From contig NW_026262712.1 in the NCBI RefSeq assembly GCF_021869535.1, positions 27,218,001 to 27,282,000 of the forward strand: DNA of 64,000 nucleotides, given 5' to 3'. A program made the translations under genes and the position numbers. The DNA is from Mytilus californianus. Lineage: Eukaryota. Below the pieces are notes generated by a model. That model saw only the letters and a program-made list of their open reading frames with translations, was not told the origin of the DNA and did no database searches. Positions 11,195 to 23,440 of the stretch are shown one piece after another (the first letter of the stretch is position 1; each line of letters opens with the position of its first letter).

Positions 11195-13242
11195 CATGGG
11201 TTATTATTTTTTTGGAAGATTTTTATAAAAAAAATATTTATGTTATATTGAATGAATATTCACTTTTTGCATATTTCAATCGGCTATTGACAATGAAACC
11301 AGCATAATTTATTATCTACAAAACATTTTATTGATGTATCAATATTGTTCTAAAACATGACATGCATAGTCTCAGCAGTTTCAAATTGAAGCTATGTTTT
11401 CTGATATTTGCAGTTATTTTATTTTTAATTAGCAAGAGAAGAGATCCATTTTTGAATTTTATTGAAGAAATATTGAAAAAGAAAAGTAAATTTTTAGATT
11501 TCAAAGAGTAAGGAATATTTTCTAATGTTTTTTTATTCCATTTTTTTTGTTTATTGTTTGAAAAAGTGAGACAACTCGTAGTTAAGTGAGATCGTTTTTT
11601 CTGTCAATGCAAACCTTATTTAAGTAGTTTTTCATATATCTTAGCTATTAAGAATTTGCCTTTTGCAATCATCAATTTTCAATTACATTTGTTTTCATCA
11701 TAAATGTTAAATAACAAGTGACAATTATTTGCCAGGTCTCGCACAATACACGAGATTGCATTTTTATACCATTGGCAACATATTTGTTTTACCTAGTAGT
11801 TGGTATCTGAACAAAACCAGTGACGGATCCAGGGGACGAAGAGGGCGTACGCCCTTTATATCGCCAAAACAAAACATCTTTCTCACAATTTATATGATGT
11901 TTTAGCAGAGAATCGTCACTGAAAAGTGAGCTTTTGATGATAAGTAAATTATTTGTTGTTGCATCAATATCAAAATGTCGAAAGAGTTTAGAAAATTACT
12001 GTCTCATAGGACTGAAAACGGCATATTGCAGTTTTTGAAAGCATTTGTAACAATCACTACGCTTTTTACCCAAATAAATTTTAGTTGAAATAAAATTTTT
12101 AATCATTTACTATTTCTGTCTGTATATTATTGTCATTATTGTACATGTTACCCAAAGGATAATCAGTATACATGACATACTCAAAACACAAAATGTTGCC
12201 AAAGGATGACCTAAGATACATATATGTAATACTTTAAACCAGAACCATTTCCCTGGATCTTTGACATAGTTGAAAATCTTTTAATTCATCGTTTCAGAAT
12301 CTAGTGAATTTTGGGTAATGTTTTCACAAGCGTACATCAAAACGTCGTGATTCGCTTACAGCGTTCTAAACAATGGGAATTCAACCAATGACGCGTCGTA
12401 ATTTTCATTTTGGGGTATAGACAATGAAATTATCCACACTCCTTTAGGTTGTGAAACCGCGAATTGACCATAGACATATACAAAATGTATTGGTTATGCT
12501 TGATGCCAGAACCTTTTTCGTTGATCTTGGACCTTAGGAAAATATGTAGGGCATTCTCAATAATTCCAATTTGTCAATCATTATTAAAATGTAAGACAGC
12601 AAACTCTTGACACAGATATGTTTGCAATTTAAAAAATACAAAATGGCGTTACAAAATACAAGCTGCCGGTGATGTAAAGGGTGTATTTTGTCGAATGCAT
12701 TAACACGAGGAAGTTATAAATACGTCAAGCGCCACTATATGTAGCAAGGATATAGAAATAAAGACCAGTTTAACGTTAGGCAGTAATAACCTTGACTATA
12801 GGGCTAACATTTAGGATAAAGAGGAATAAGCTAGCCTTTTCCACACTTTGAAGGTTTTACTGGTAAAGCCTTTGTGTTCCGTCTTGTTTATACCATACGT
12901 CCATACGTAGCCTATTATAAGCGAAAAAAATAAAATACCCCTACTGAGAATGTAATTATTCTTCAGTGACAGTTAATGTAATTTGGTCTTTAATAAAAGG
13001 TAAATGCATTATATTTTATTAGTCTACTTTTAATTTGTGTCCCTTGAATTTAATCAATGGTGACAGTTTCAAGTCCATTGGCAAATTCTACAAGAATAGA
13101 CAGGGGAACAACATGTTTATGAAATAAACAATTGCTGCTTGTATTGGACCAAGTCGGAAATCTATATTTCACCTTTTTTTAGGGTATCAAATTTCATAGC
13201 ATCAACACGCAAAAGTAACATTATAGTTTTGAATATTATACA

Positions 13243-13249
13243 TATAAAA
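13243..13249 (+). promoter_or_regulatory. Putative TATA box of C1q-1 (homolog TATAAAAG at 27986 for C1q-3)
   Basis: TATAAAA about 45 nt upstream of the ATG in a block conserved between paralogs; altered to TTTAAAA in C1q-2. Confidence 0.4.
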
Positions 13250-13290
13250 AGCTTTTCCATTATAGATCACGTTTAAATATTGTAGTAGTA

Positions 13291-13381
13291 ATGTCTCTAA
13301 CAAGCATGTTTATTTCTGGGATTGTGGTCTTTTATATGGTAACCTTCGCAGGTGCGACGAGTTCTTGCCGAACAGCAGACG
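13291..13381 (+). CDS. C1q-1 exon 1, signal peptide (MSLTSMFISGIVVFYMVTFAGATSSCRTAD)
   Basis: Hydrophobic signal peptide; phase-1 donor g|gttagt; three paralogous exons in window. Confidence 0.85.
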
Positions 13382-14794
13382 GTTAGTAGGTAAAAAGTTT
13401 AGATGATTACCAACAATACTAATTCAAAGCAGCAACAATTCCGAAACAGCTAAGACGGACAGCACGAAATAAATTAGAAAACTAAAGCTTTACAATTTGT
13501 ATTCTGATAAAGAATCATATCGAGTGGCTCCTATAAAACTGAATTTTAAGTGCTCTCGAACTGGTTTGTCTTCATTTAGTTGAAGCACCAGTCTTCTTGA
13601 TAATCAAATCAATTGAGTCGAAATCTAAATAGATGAATGAACGGGTGTGTGACCTTCAAGTTTGTAACATTTTGCTGATGAATTCAGCTATGAAAAATAG
13701 CTAGATAAATATGATTATTTATATTTGTTGTTATTCCGACAATATTAAAGTCAAGAGTTTATCTCAATAGAAACTCTACGATAATTTAATGTATCGGTTC
13801 TCCTATATATACTCTGTTTAACAGGCTAAGACGTACAACACGAAATAAATTCGTAACTAAAGCTGTACCATTCCCAATTGCAATCTGATAGAATAATATC
13901 GAGTGGTCCTATTGAACTAATATATCGAGTGCTCTCTAACAAGTATGTCTTGCTTTATATGTGGAACCATTTAAAGTAATTGAGACAAAATCAAATCAAG
14001 ATAAATTAACGGGAGTGCGACCTGTAATTTTGTATCATATTATAAATAATGTTAAAGCTAGATTAAAATGACCATTTAGTATTATTGTTTTACCAACAAA
14101 TTGCTCAGCTAAAAATTAATCTCAGTAGAAACTCCAATGTATTTCAATTATTCGGTGTTCATACTGCCTCTATTACTCTCCTGAGTACTCCAAAACTGCA
14201 TATCAATGTGTTGTTTACGTCAAAGACTTTCATAATGTATGAACCCACTTTGATAAATTTGATTGACCCAAACTGATCAATCTATCTTCCGAATTACTGG
14301 TGCAGTAAATGTTTCTATCCAACAAAAACACAGTCAAAATCAATCAAAAAGATCGATTATCGGATTTTCATCATATTGATATTGTACAATATCAGCTAAT
14401 GGACAAAATATATCAATACTTTTTTGAACTCGTTCACTACAGTAACTTGACACAATCTTCATAAAGTGACTCGTATCTGATATTTTACTGTATCAATATG
14501 CAGGCAACTCGAAAATCGAAACTGAATAAAACGCTAATATAGTATAACCTTGACTATATACATCGGGGTCAATTACGTATAAACTTCAATAGTTTCGTAA
14601 AAAAACTTAGTAAATCACAGTTGCAACTAAAAAAATACAATATCAGTTTTAGCTTTAGTTAGGTAGCTATAAATAATTGCATGTATTCTCATATAAAAAC
14701 CTAATGTATTCGTTACAGAAAACAACCATTTATGCAGTTTGCAATTGAGGTAAATTAAAAAATAAAAATAAAAACACTTTTGAACCAATTTCAG

Positions 14795-15249
14795 GTCAAT
14801 ATGATGTCACTGTGAATTATCGTGGTAAAAATGGTCAAGAAACTTCTAAATCTACAGTAATTGTATTTTACGCCTTCATGTCAAAATCAATTAGGAGCCC
14901 GGCCGTTGGTCGCCGACTGGTATTTGATTTAATAAAGACAAACCAAGGTGGTGGATATAATCGCCACACAGTCGTGTTTACCTGTCCAAGGAATGGGACA
15001 TACGTTTTCGTGTGGGTTAGACTGGTTTCTGCATATCATTCCTTTGAGTTTATGATCAATAATTCTGTGTATGGATCAACCTACATTTATAACAAATATA
15101 CCGACGGTAGCGATAGTGGTACAGTCGTTGCGAATGTGTCTAAGGGCGATAGTGTTTATGTTCGTATGCACTCTTCCTATAAAGGTATAGGTAAATTAAA
15201 TAGTAATGAACACGGCAGACCCGCATTTTCTGGTTGGTTACTGAACTAG
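14795..15249 (+). CDS. C1q-1 exon 2, globular C1q domain (secreted C1qDC, about 181 aa total)
   Basis: tttcag acceptor; gC1q motifs FYAFM, LVFD, GGGYN, FTCP-X2-GTYVF, VYVR, FSGWLL; AATAAA at 15263. Confidence 0.93.
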
Positions 15250-15349
15250 ACAGTTTTATTTAAATAAATGCATTCTCTCAAATGTTTTTGATGTTTATAA
15301 CGTAGCATTCCAGCCCGAATATAGTGGATTACCTTAAGCTATTGCGTAG

Positions 15350-15451
15350 TACATCTTTGCTAGCCAAGATTTACCATCCAGTCCCTTCTTCGCGATCGAG
15401 AAGGACAGGTGGGATTGATGCGGATCATAATCCTTGGCCAGCAAAGATGTA
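15350..15451. mobile_element. 102-bp palindromic miniature element downstream of C1q-1
   Basis: Arms tacatctttgct(a/g)gccaag; inner palindrome; absent from the homologous C1q-3 flank (about 32150-32170). Confidence 0.7.
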
Positions 15452-17461
15452 AGTAGAACTGCTTTAAATTTAGTTCGAAAGTTGAACAGAATTCAAACAT
15501 TCAGTTTTTTTTATACAAATAAAATATCTAGTTTGAGTATTCTTTGTAATGCAAAAATTCGGCCCTATCTGTTTTTTTAATTGTTCAATCATTGAAAGTT
15601 TCAATTTGCATTTGTTAAGACAATGCCGCATAAATCTTTATTTCCATTTTAAATTCATAACTAGTTTACACATTTTATGGGACAATATATCTATTTCAAT
15701 CTGCTATTATAAAGATTACTTGTTTTGACCAGCATCAATTAACGCTATCAGGTTTTTTTTTTGTTCTACAATGCAGAACTATCTAAAAGCGACCTCCCTC
15801 TCACTGGATGAATTTTAATGATAACTACGACAATCAATTACAATAGTTTCTTGTAACACAGAAAACATGATTATCGATTGTTGTTTAGCAAAAATACAAT
15901 ACTCTTTAATCCAGAAAAATGATTCATACACCTAGTTATCATTGTATTATGTTCATTTACTAACAGTTGATAAATACCATTGCTGTAAGCGCTGTTAGTC
16001 TATGGTATCACGAGACAAGTATACGTAGTAAATACTACTAACTTCCACATACAAAGATGGCCTTAAACTGAATTCAGATAAAAATAGACCCCTTTTAGTC
16101 ATATTGCCAAAAAAGTTTTCAGGTTTTAGACATCATTGGCTTTCATATTTTTTGGTTTGAGCGTTCCTGTTGATGCTTAATCCTGAATAGTGCTTTGTAC
16201 GCAGCAAATAAATACTGTCATTTTACTTTTTTAAGATCAGAAATTAACAAACTTTTCATAAGAACCAATTGGGTATTTTCTTAAAATTAATTCAATTAAC
16301 TATATCTACGAAAAATTTACTAACACTAGAATATTAGGCGATACACAGATAAAAAAGATTGTACAAAAAGGCAATCCAAAATTTCTACAGAAACAGAGGG
16401 ACATCGTTCTATTTAGTTTGTTAATTTGCTACTTTTATGTTATACGCCCTACCTTCTCCTCAAATGTATTAACACTTTATTTTCCTGAATAACAGTCGTT
16501 ATTAGAATCTTTTCTGTCAATATAATTGTTTCTCTTAAAGATAATTAAAAATATATTAGACATTAGAACTAAAACCCGGAAACTGATATATTGAAGATCA
16601 TAAATTCTTACTGCCCTCTCCCAAATACATAATATGATAATACGACATCATGACACCTGTTAGCAGTGTTGTTTTTGATATGTTTTGAGCTCACAGTAAC
16701 CAACCAATTGAGTGCTATCTAGCTGCCTTTGCCATGATAGCTAGCTCCCTGTCGAAGCAAGCACGTCTTGGTCCTAACAAATTTAAACAAAAACTGTTCC
16801 CAAGGGATCAACTTGGATAATGATCTTAAACATACTTAAATAACTTTACATCACAACATTTTGGCTAGATCATAGATATATGTTTACGTGTTATGATTGA
16901 TATCAGAACCTTTATCGTGAATGTGGAAAAATAATTTCAAATTGTCAAACCTTATTAAAATGCAAAACAACAAACTCAAAACTTAACATGCATGTCTTTA
17001 AATGTACACTTCTGTAAAATCCATATTCTGGTAATAGTCACTTGTTTTTGTTTTTCTCATTTGACAATAGTTCGCTAAATATCGTTACTTGAAGCCTATT
17101 TATTTTGACAAAACAAGAAAACCGATGACTAGAGATGAAACATATAAAAATGTATCAAAAAAAAAATAATCATTACATCATATCAGATATAAATCTTAAC
17201 ACAGATATGTATGCAAGTTATAAATACAATGTGGCACAGCAAAACACAGCAGTCTGGTGATATACGGGTGTGTTTTGTCGAAGGCATTGTTATCAGGATG
17301 TTTTAAATACGTTAAGCGCTACTCAAGGTAGTAAGGATGCAGCCCATTTAATTTCATGCAGTAGTAACCTTAATCACAGGGCCTATATTTAGGATTTGCT
17401 AGAGGAATTAATTTGCAACCATAACTACTGAAGGTGTATATGGGTAAAAATTTGTCTAATA

Positions 17462-19229
17462 GATAAAATAAGATGAGGTATGAGTGCCAACGAGACAACT
17501 CTCCATCCAAGTCAAAATTTATAAAAGTAATTAAACCATTATAGGTCAAAGGACGGTCTTCAACACGGAGCCTTGGCTCACACCGAACAGCAAGCTATAA
17601 AGAGCCCAAAAATTACTTGTGTAAAACCATTCAAACGGGAAAACCAACGGTCTAATCTATATAAAAAACGAGAAACGAGAAATACTTATGAACCACATCA
17701 ACAAACGACAACTACTGAACATCAGATTCCTGACTTAGGACAGGGCAAACAATTGCAGCGGGTTTAAACGTTTTAATGGTACCAAACCTTCACCCTTATC
17801 TGAAACAATAGTGTAACATCACAATATAGAAAGACACACTTTAAAATATCAATTGAAATGGCTTAACTCAATCAAAAGACATATTAACACCAGTGAACAT
17901 ACACTGAACAAATAAATTTGATCTATAATACAATGCAAATACAAAATAAATCAACTAAGGGAAGAATAATTAAAGTAACATGTTATACCGCTGTGAAACA
18001 ATTTAAGAAACACAATATGCTTGAACAAAAATATCAGCCATTTGCAATTACTTTCAACACAGGTAAATGAAAATAATTTTGTTGTTAGGTATACGTGTAC
18101 AGTTCAAATGGAGAAAGCAAATATTTTTACAAAATAAATAGTTTTGATGTTCATAGTACGAAGACGTGAAAATCTATAGTAATACCAAACACATATCAAA
18201 GCTGGTATATAGACCAGATATAACCCTGAATAAGTAAACATTAAATAACAAAAAAGCATTACAATTAGTATCAACAGGTCAAATAAACAAGAAAGTACGA
18301 TTTGAGAGTACTCGCAGTTTCTGACAGCTAGTTAAAAGCCAAAAACAATTTATAATAAAAAATCATGCATCAGAGACTAAAATCAACTAAAACACATCCC
18401 AGGGATTTAGTATTTTAACGTCATGGACAGTCAAAGAAGACAGTGCAATGCCAAAAATAAAAGTATCGACAGGCAGTAGGATAGCTAGGAGTTAACCTCT
18501 TAATAGATCAAAATGAACGTGGGTGTGTCTTTATACATCCCGTTTGAAAAGAATACAAATTTAGTTATGTTTTAATTTGCTGATGACAAAATTGATATTA
18601 GTGCCAATGTAAACTATATGCAAAGATCTAATTACAACATTGGTAAGATAACATTTACTAATAAGTTTGTTTAAAGGTTCGATGAGTTTACACGGATCAC
18701 ATAGTGATTTCCGAGCTTTAAGTACAATATAACCGTAAAATTTAGGATGTGAAATACCGTTTTAATCAGTTTTCTACAGGTACAGCCAAATTTACTAATC
18801 AAATCTTTGTATTTATGAAAGAATTTAGTAAAAGTTTTACGTAATTTATGGTAACGAAATCCCTGACTTAATAATTTACCAGTGATGCATTGATTACGTT
18901 CGTTAAAATATGTGACATCACTACACACGCGGGCATAACGAGTTGGGATATATAAACACCGTATGATGGAACCAAAGGAACATCGCCGTCTAAAAAAGGA
19001 AAATTAACAATAGGGAATGAAAAGTCGTATCTTTTGTCGTAAATTATAGTATGGAGTTTTCCTTTAGAGATTGAAATGTCCAAATCTAGAAAAGGACAAC
19101 TACTGCTGTTTATGTTAGATTTAGTTAAAGAAAGTTCGTTTGGGTAAATTTCGGTAGTATATTCAGAGAACTCTGGATTTTTTAACGCAAAAATATCATC
19201 CAGATAACGGAAGGTAACTCTACATAGAG
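17462..19229 (-). mobile_element. Penelope-like retroelement fragment (RT C-terminal half plus 3' region) inserted in the C1q-2 upstream region
   Basis: FRYLDDIF...FLDLDI...YDKRYDFSFPIVNFPFLD...YGVYISQL; frameshift at about 18930; interrupts promoter sequence that is contiguous in paralogs. Confidence 0.75.
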
Positions 19230-19536
19230 TTTTCTTATTTTCAGTGACAGTTAATATCCTTTGGTCTTTGGTAGCTAGCTACTTTTTGGCTCCTTGAATT
19301 TGATTAATTGGGGATATTTTCAAGTTCATTGGCAAGTATTACAAGAATAGTCAGGGGCACAACGTGTTTATGAAATATACAATCGGTGTGTGTGCTAAAA
19401 CAAGAATATATTTTGCCCACGTTTTCTCGATATCAAATTTCATATCATAAACACGCAAAAGTAACATTATAGTTTTGAATATCATACGTTTAAAAAGCTG
19501 TCTCGTTGTAGATCACGCTAGAATATTTCAGTCGGT

Positions 19537-19630
19537 ATGTCTCTAACAAGCATTTTGATTTCTGGGATTGTGGCCTTTTATATGGTTAACTTCGCAAGTG
19601 CGACGACGAGTTCTTGTCGGACAGCAGACG
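19537..19630 (+). CDS. C1q-2 exon 1, signal peptide
   Basis: MSLTSILISGIVAFYMVNFASATTSSCRTAD, g|gtaagt donor. Confidence 0.85.
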
Positions 19631-20559
19631 GTAAGTACATTAAGTCTAGATGATCACAAACAATACTCATTCAAAACAGAAACCACTCAGAATATGCTAA
19701 GACGAACATCTCGAAATAAATTGGACAACTAAAGCTTTACAATCCGCAATCTGATCATATCGAGTTCTCCGATTAAACTGGTATATCCAGTGCTCTCGAA
19801 CTAGTATGTCTTACTTCATATGTAGCACCAGTCAATAATTAATTAAGACGAAATCAAAACCAGATGAATTAACGCAACTTCAATTTATAGCATAATGAAA
19901 GCTCTATAAATGGCAAAATAAAAATGATTATTTTGTATTGTTTTTATACAAGTAACTTGCAATATCTAAATAGAAACTCCATGGGTATACACTTAATCGG
20001 CTCTCTGCCTCTATTACTCTGGCGCTCAGCTTCTAAAAAAACTGCATTGCAGGGGTTATATTTTTTCAACAGGTTACCTAGTCTTTGGTACACGGTCACT
20101 GAAGTATGAGCAATTTAAAGAAGTAAAATCAAGCTTATAATCGGTACAATTTTGGGAGAAAACGTTTTGTTTTATGTTTTCTATACACGACACAAGTCGT
20201 CGGAAAACAGTACACTTTTCCCCCTAATTGCACCGATTATATGGTTTATTTAACTTCTTAAAGATACTCCTTTCTGACAGGCTACGAGGAGGTCCTACCA
20301 CAGAGTAGGTAACCTGTCGAAAAATTACAAAATCATGAATCATAAGTCGGTAACATGAAATTAGTCTAATGATAACATTTTACGATCACAAAAAATACAT
20401 AGTCAAATATAATCGAATAATCGACAAAATATTTGCATTAATTTATTTTTATATGAAAGTCTTACGTAATGCGTTTATCAGAGAAAACAACCATGTTTGC
20501 AGATTTCAAATTGATGTGAATTAAAATTAAAAAAAAAACAAACTTTTAAACAATTTCAG

Positions 20560-21022
20560 GTCAGTATGATGTCACCGTAAATTATCGTGGTAAAATTGGT
20601 CAGGAAACTTCGGATTCTAAATCGACAGTAATAGCATTTTATGCCTTTATGTCAAAATCAATCACGAACCCGGGAGTTGGTCGACGATTGATATTTGATG
20701 TAGTAAAGACAAACCAGGGTAGTGGATATAACAGCCATACAGGTGTGTTTACCTGTCCAAAGACCGGGATTTATGTTTTGTTTGGGTTCTTAGATTGTAT
20801 TCTGCATACCATTCAACTGAATTAATGATCAATAATTCCGTATATGGATCAACCTATCTTAATAACATCAATCGCGATAGCAGCGTCAGTGGAACAGTTG
20901 TTGCACATGTGTCGGAGGGCGATAGTGTTTATGTTCGTATACACTCTTCCTACAAAGGAGCGGGTTTATTAATCAGTGATAAACACGGCAGACCAGCATT
21001 TTCTGGATGGTTACTAAACTAG
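20560..21022 (+). pseudogene. C1q-2 exon 2, gC1q domain with a -1 frameshift at about 20776-20779 (premature TAA 20823-25)
   Basis: tat gtt tt- gtt tgg: T-run one base short; downstream frame resumes as ORF 20795-21022; could be a homopolymer sequencing error. Confidence 0.8.
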
Positions 21023-23396
21023 ACAGTTTGTTTTGAATAAATGCATTTCAAAATATTTACAAGAGTTTCTTTTAGCTCAGATTACGATATTGTCTATTAT
21101 TATTCAGCAAATATGTCAAGCTTTTTAATCCAGAAAAGTGTCACGGCCACCAACATATTTATTTTATTATTTTGATTTTAATAGCACCGGATAGATACCG
21201 CTGCTGGCAGACTGTTATTTTCGAAGGTATCATACGCTCAGTAGTTATAATCAAGAAACTAAGGCTCCAACTGCCATATAAAAAAATGACCTTTAAAGAG
21301 TAAATATAAATGTAAATAGGTCCCTTTCGGTCATAAAGCTACTCTAGTTTTAAAGTTTTTATACATCCCTGGCTTTCATGTTTTTTGGTTTGACTATTCC
21401 TGTTGATGGTGAATCAAGATAGCGCTTTTAACCCACCACATATATATAGTGCAATCTTTTTAGACCGTGAATTTACAAGTTTCAAAATGAACCAATTGGG
21501 TATATTCTTAAAGGTAATTCAATTGACTAGATTTACGAACAATGACTGCCCCTAAATTATGAGGCCATGCAAGGTAAAACAGTAACAGTGCCTTGCAATA
21601 GTCGATGCACGGAGATTTCTGGTTAATTGTTGTAAATGTTGAAAACACTTAATTGGTATCTATGATGAGTTTATTTAAAGACATGACGAACGGAGTTATC
21701 GTCGTTCCTGATTATATCTTTAACAATTTAGATCAACTATCTATATTACCATATCTATTATGTTCTTGACAAACTTATACAAAACAAAATTTCAGGGTAA
21801 ACATGAACTTGATCAATGCAAAGAAATATACACTAAAACATACGCTTCTGTTCGCAATTCTACGGACAGTTACATAGAGGACCTCAGTAGTTTCACATTT
21901 TCTATAGATACAAGGTTTAATAATTTTCTGATGTTTGGGGAAATTCATCATCTCGAACTTATAATATAGTTTTATTCTTAATGTTTTTGTTAATATTAGA
22001 TCGAAGGAAGAATTTGTTCCTCGTTTTCACGTATACATTGTCGGATATTGTTTGAAAGGCCTGGCTTCTCTAGAAACTATATATTATCAACCCTGTTGTA
22101 TCTCGTGGTTTTAATCATTCATACAGAGTTTTATGAAGCACTTTCCAATAAAATTCAAATCATTATACATTAAGTTAAATCGTTCATTTTGTAGGCTATT
22201 TTAATATTCAATCTACAATGCTAATTTTCTGTTTGGGGAAATTCGTCATCTTCAACAAACTTATTAAATTGTTTTATCCTGAATTTCTTCTTAATATTAC
22301 ATTTAAGGAAGAATTGTTCCTCGTCACCCCTTTTGTATTTCAAGGTTGTGATAGTTTTATGAAGCACTTTCAAGGAAAAATCAAATCCTTGTACAGTAAG
22401 TAAAATCCTTTATTTTGTAGGACATTTAAACATTTTTGAGGTAAAAATGAATCATTGATAGTACTTAATCTACTATGATCAAGATATTCTATGGCTTAAA
22501 ATCCAAAATATAAGAAAAATCATAATGAACATAAACGATTGGAAAGAAGGAAAAAAAAAAGGAAAACAAATCAAATAAAAACAAAATTTCGCTATTATTG
22601 AATCGTAATCGCATATGTCGTGAACAAAAGAAGGCCGTACGTGACCTGTGGTTGCTTACATCTACGTCATTTGGTCTCTTGTGGATTGATATCTCATTGG
22701 CAACTACACCACATATCATTTAATATTAAAATTATGTACAAAACATTTAGGTTGACCTAAGAATAATAATATGACGAAGAAGCAAAATGAGTGTTTTAAA
22801 TTTCAGTATACATACCAAAAGAAATCGGAGATTGCGAATTATCAATCGGCTACAGAATGTACCATAAGAGGATTTAATTATCATTTCTTTAAATATACTG
22901 TTTCTCTCGAAAAAAAATGATATATAGGTATTTATCATCCTTTCCCTTTATTGAAATATTGCAAAGCGTACAGGCTTGATATACCCTGAACTATTTAAAA
23001 TTGTTCTTTCTTTTCATGATGAGACGATTTTACATATTTACTGGCCTCACACAAATAATGCCAATATCAATTGAATTTTATAAGACTTCATGAAACCTGT
23101 TAGGAGTGTTGTTCTGATTTTTTCAATGGGCGGCAGTAACCAACCAACAGTTTAAGCTGCCTTAGCCATGTTATTTGATTTCCTGTAGAAGCAAGCACAT
23201 TTTGGTCCCGCTTTCTAATAATGGGTTGTATCTTTTTCCTTGCTCAAGAGTGTGCTCCTATTAGTATTTACACAATACAGGTTTTGCATATATAGTGGTT
23301 CTGTAGATGTTTATAATCATTTTGTTTATGTGTTATATTCCCTCCCAAGGCCCTTATTTTGTGAATAAAATAACATAAATAGTACTAATTAAAAAT

Positions 23397-23440
23397 CACC
23401 AGATGCGCATTTCGGCAATTAATGTCTCTTCAGAGATGCT
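23397..23440 (-). ncRNA. Type I hammerhead-ribozyme-like motif
   Basis: Minus strand CTGAAGA-gac-attaatt-gcc-GAAA-tgcgca-TC-tggtg; palindromic stem III. Confidence 0.55.
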
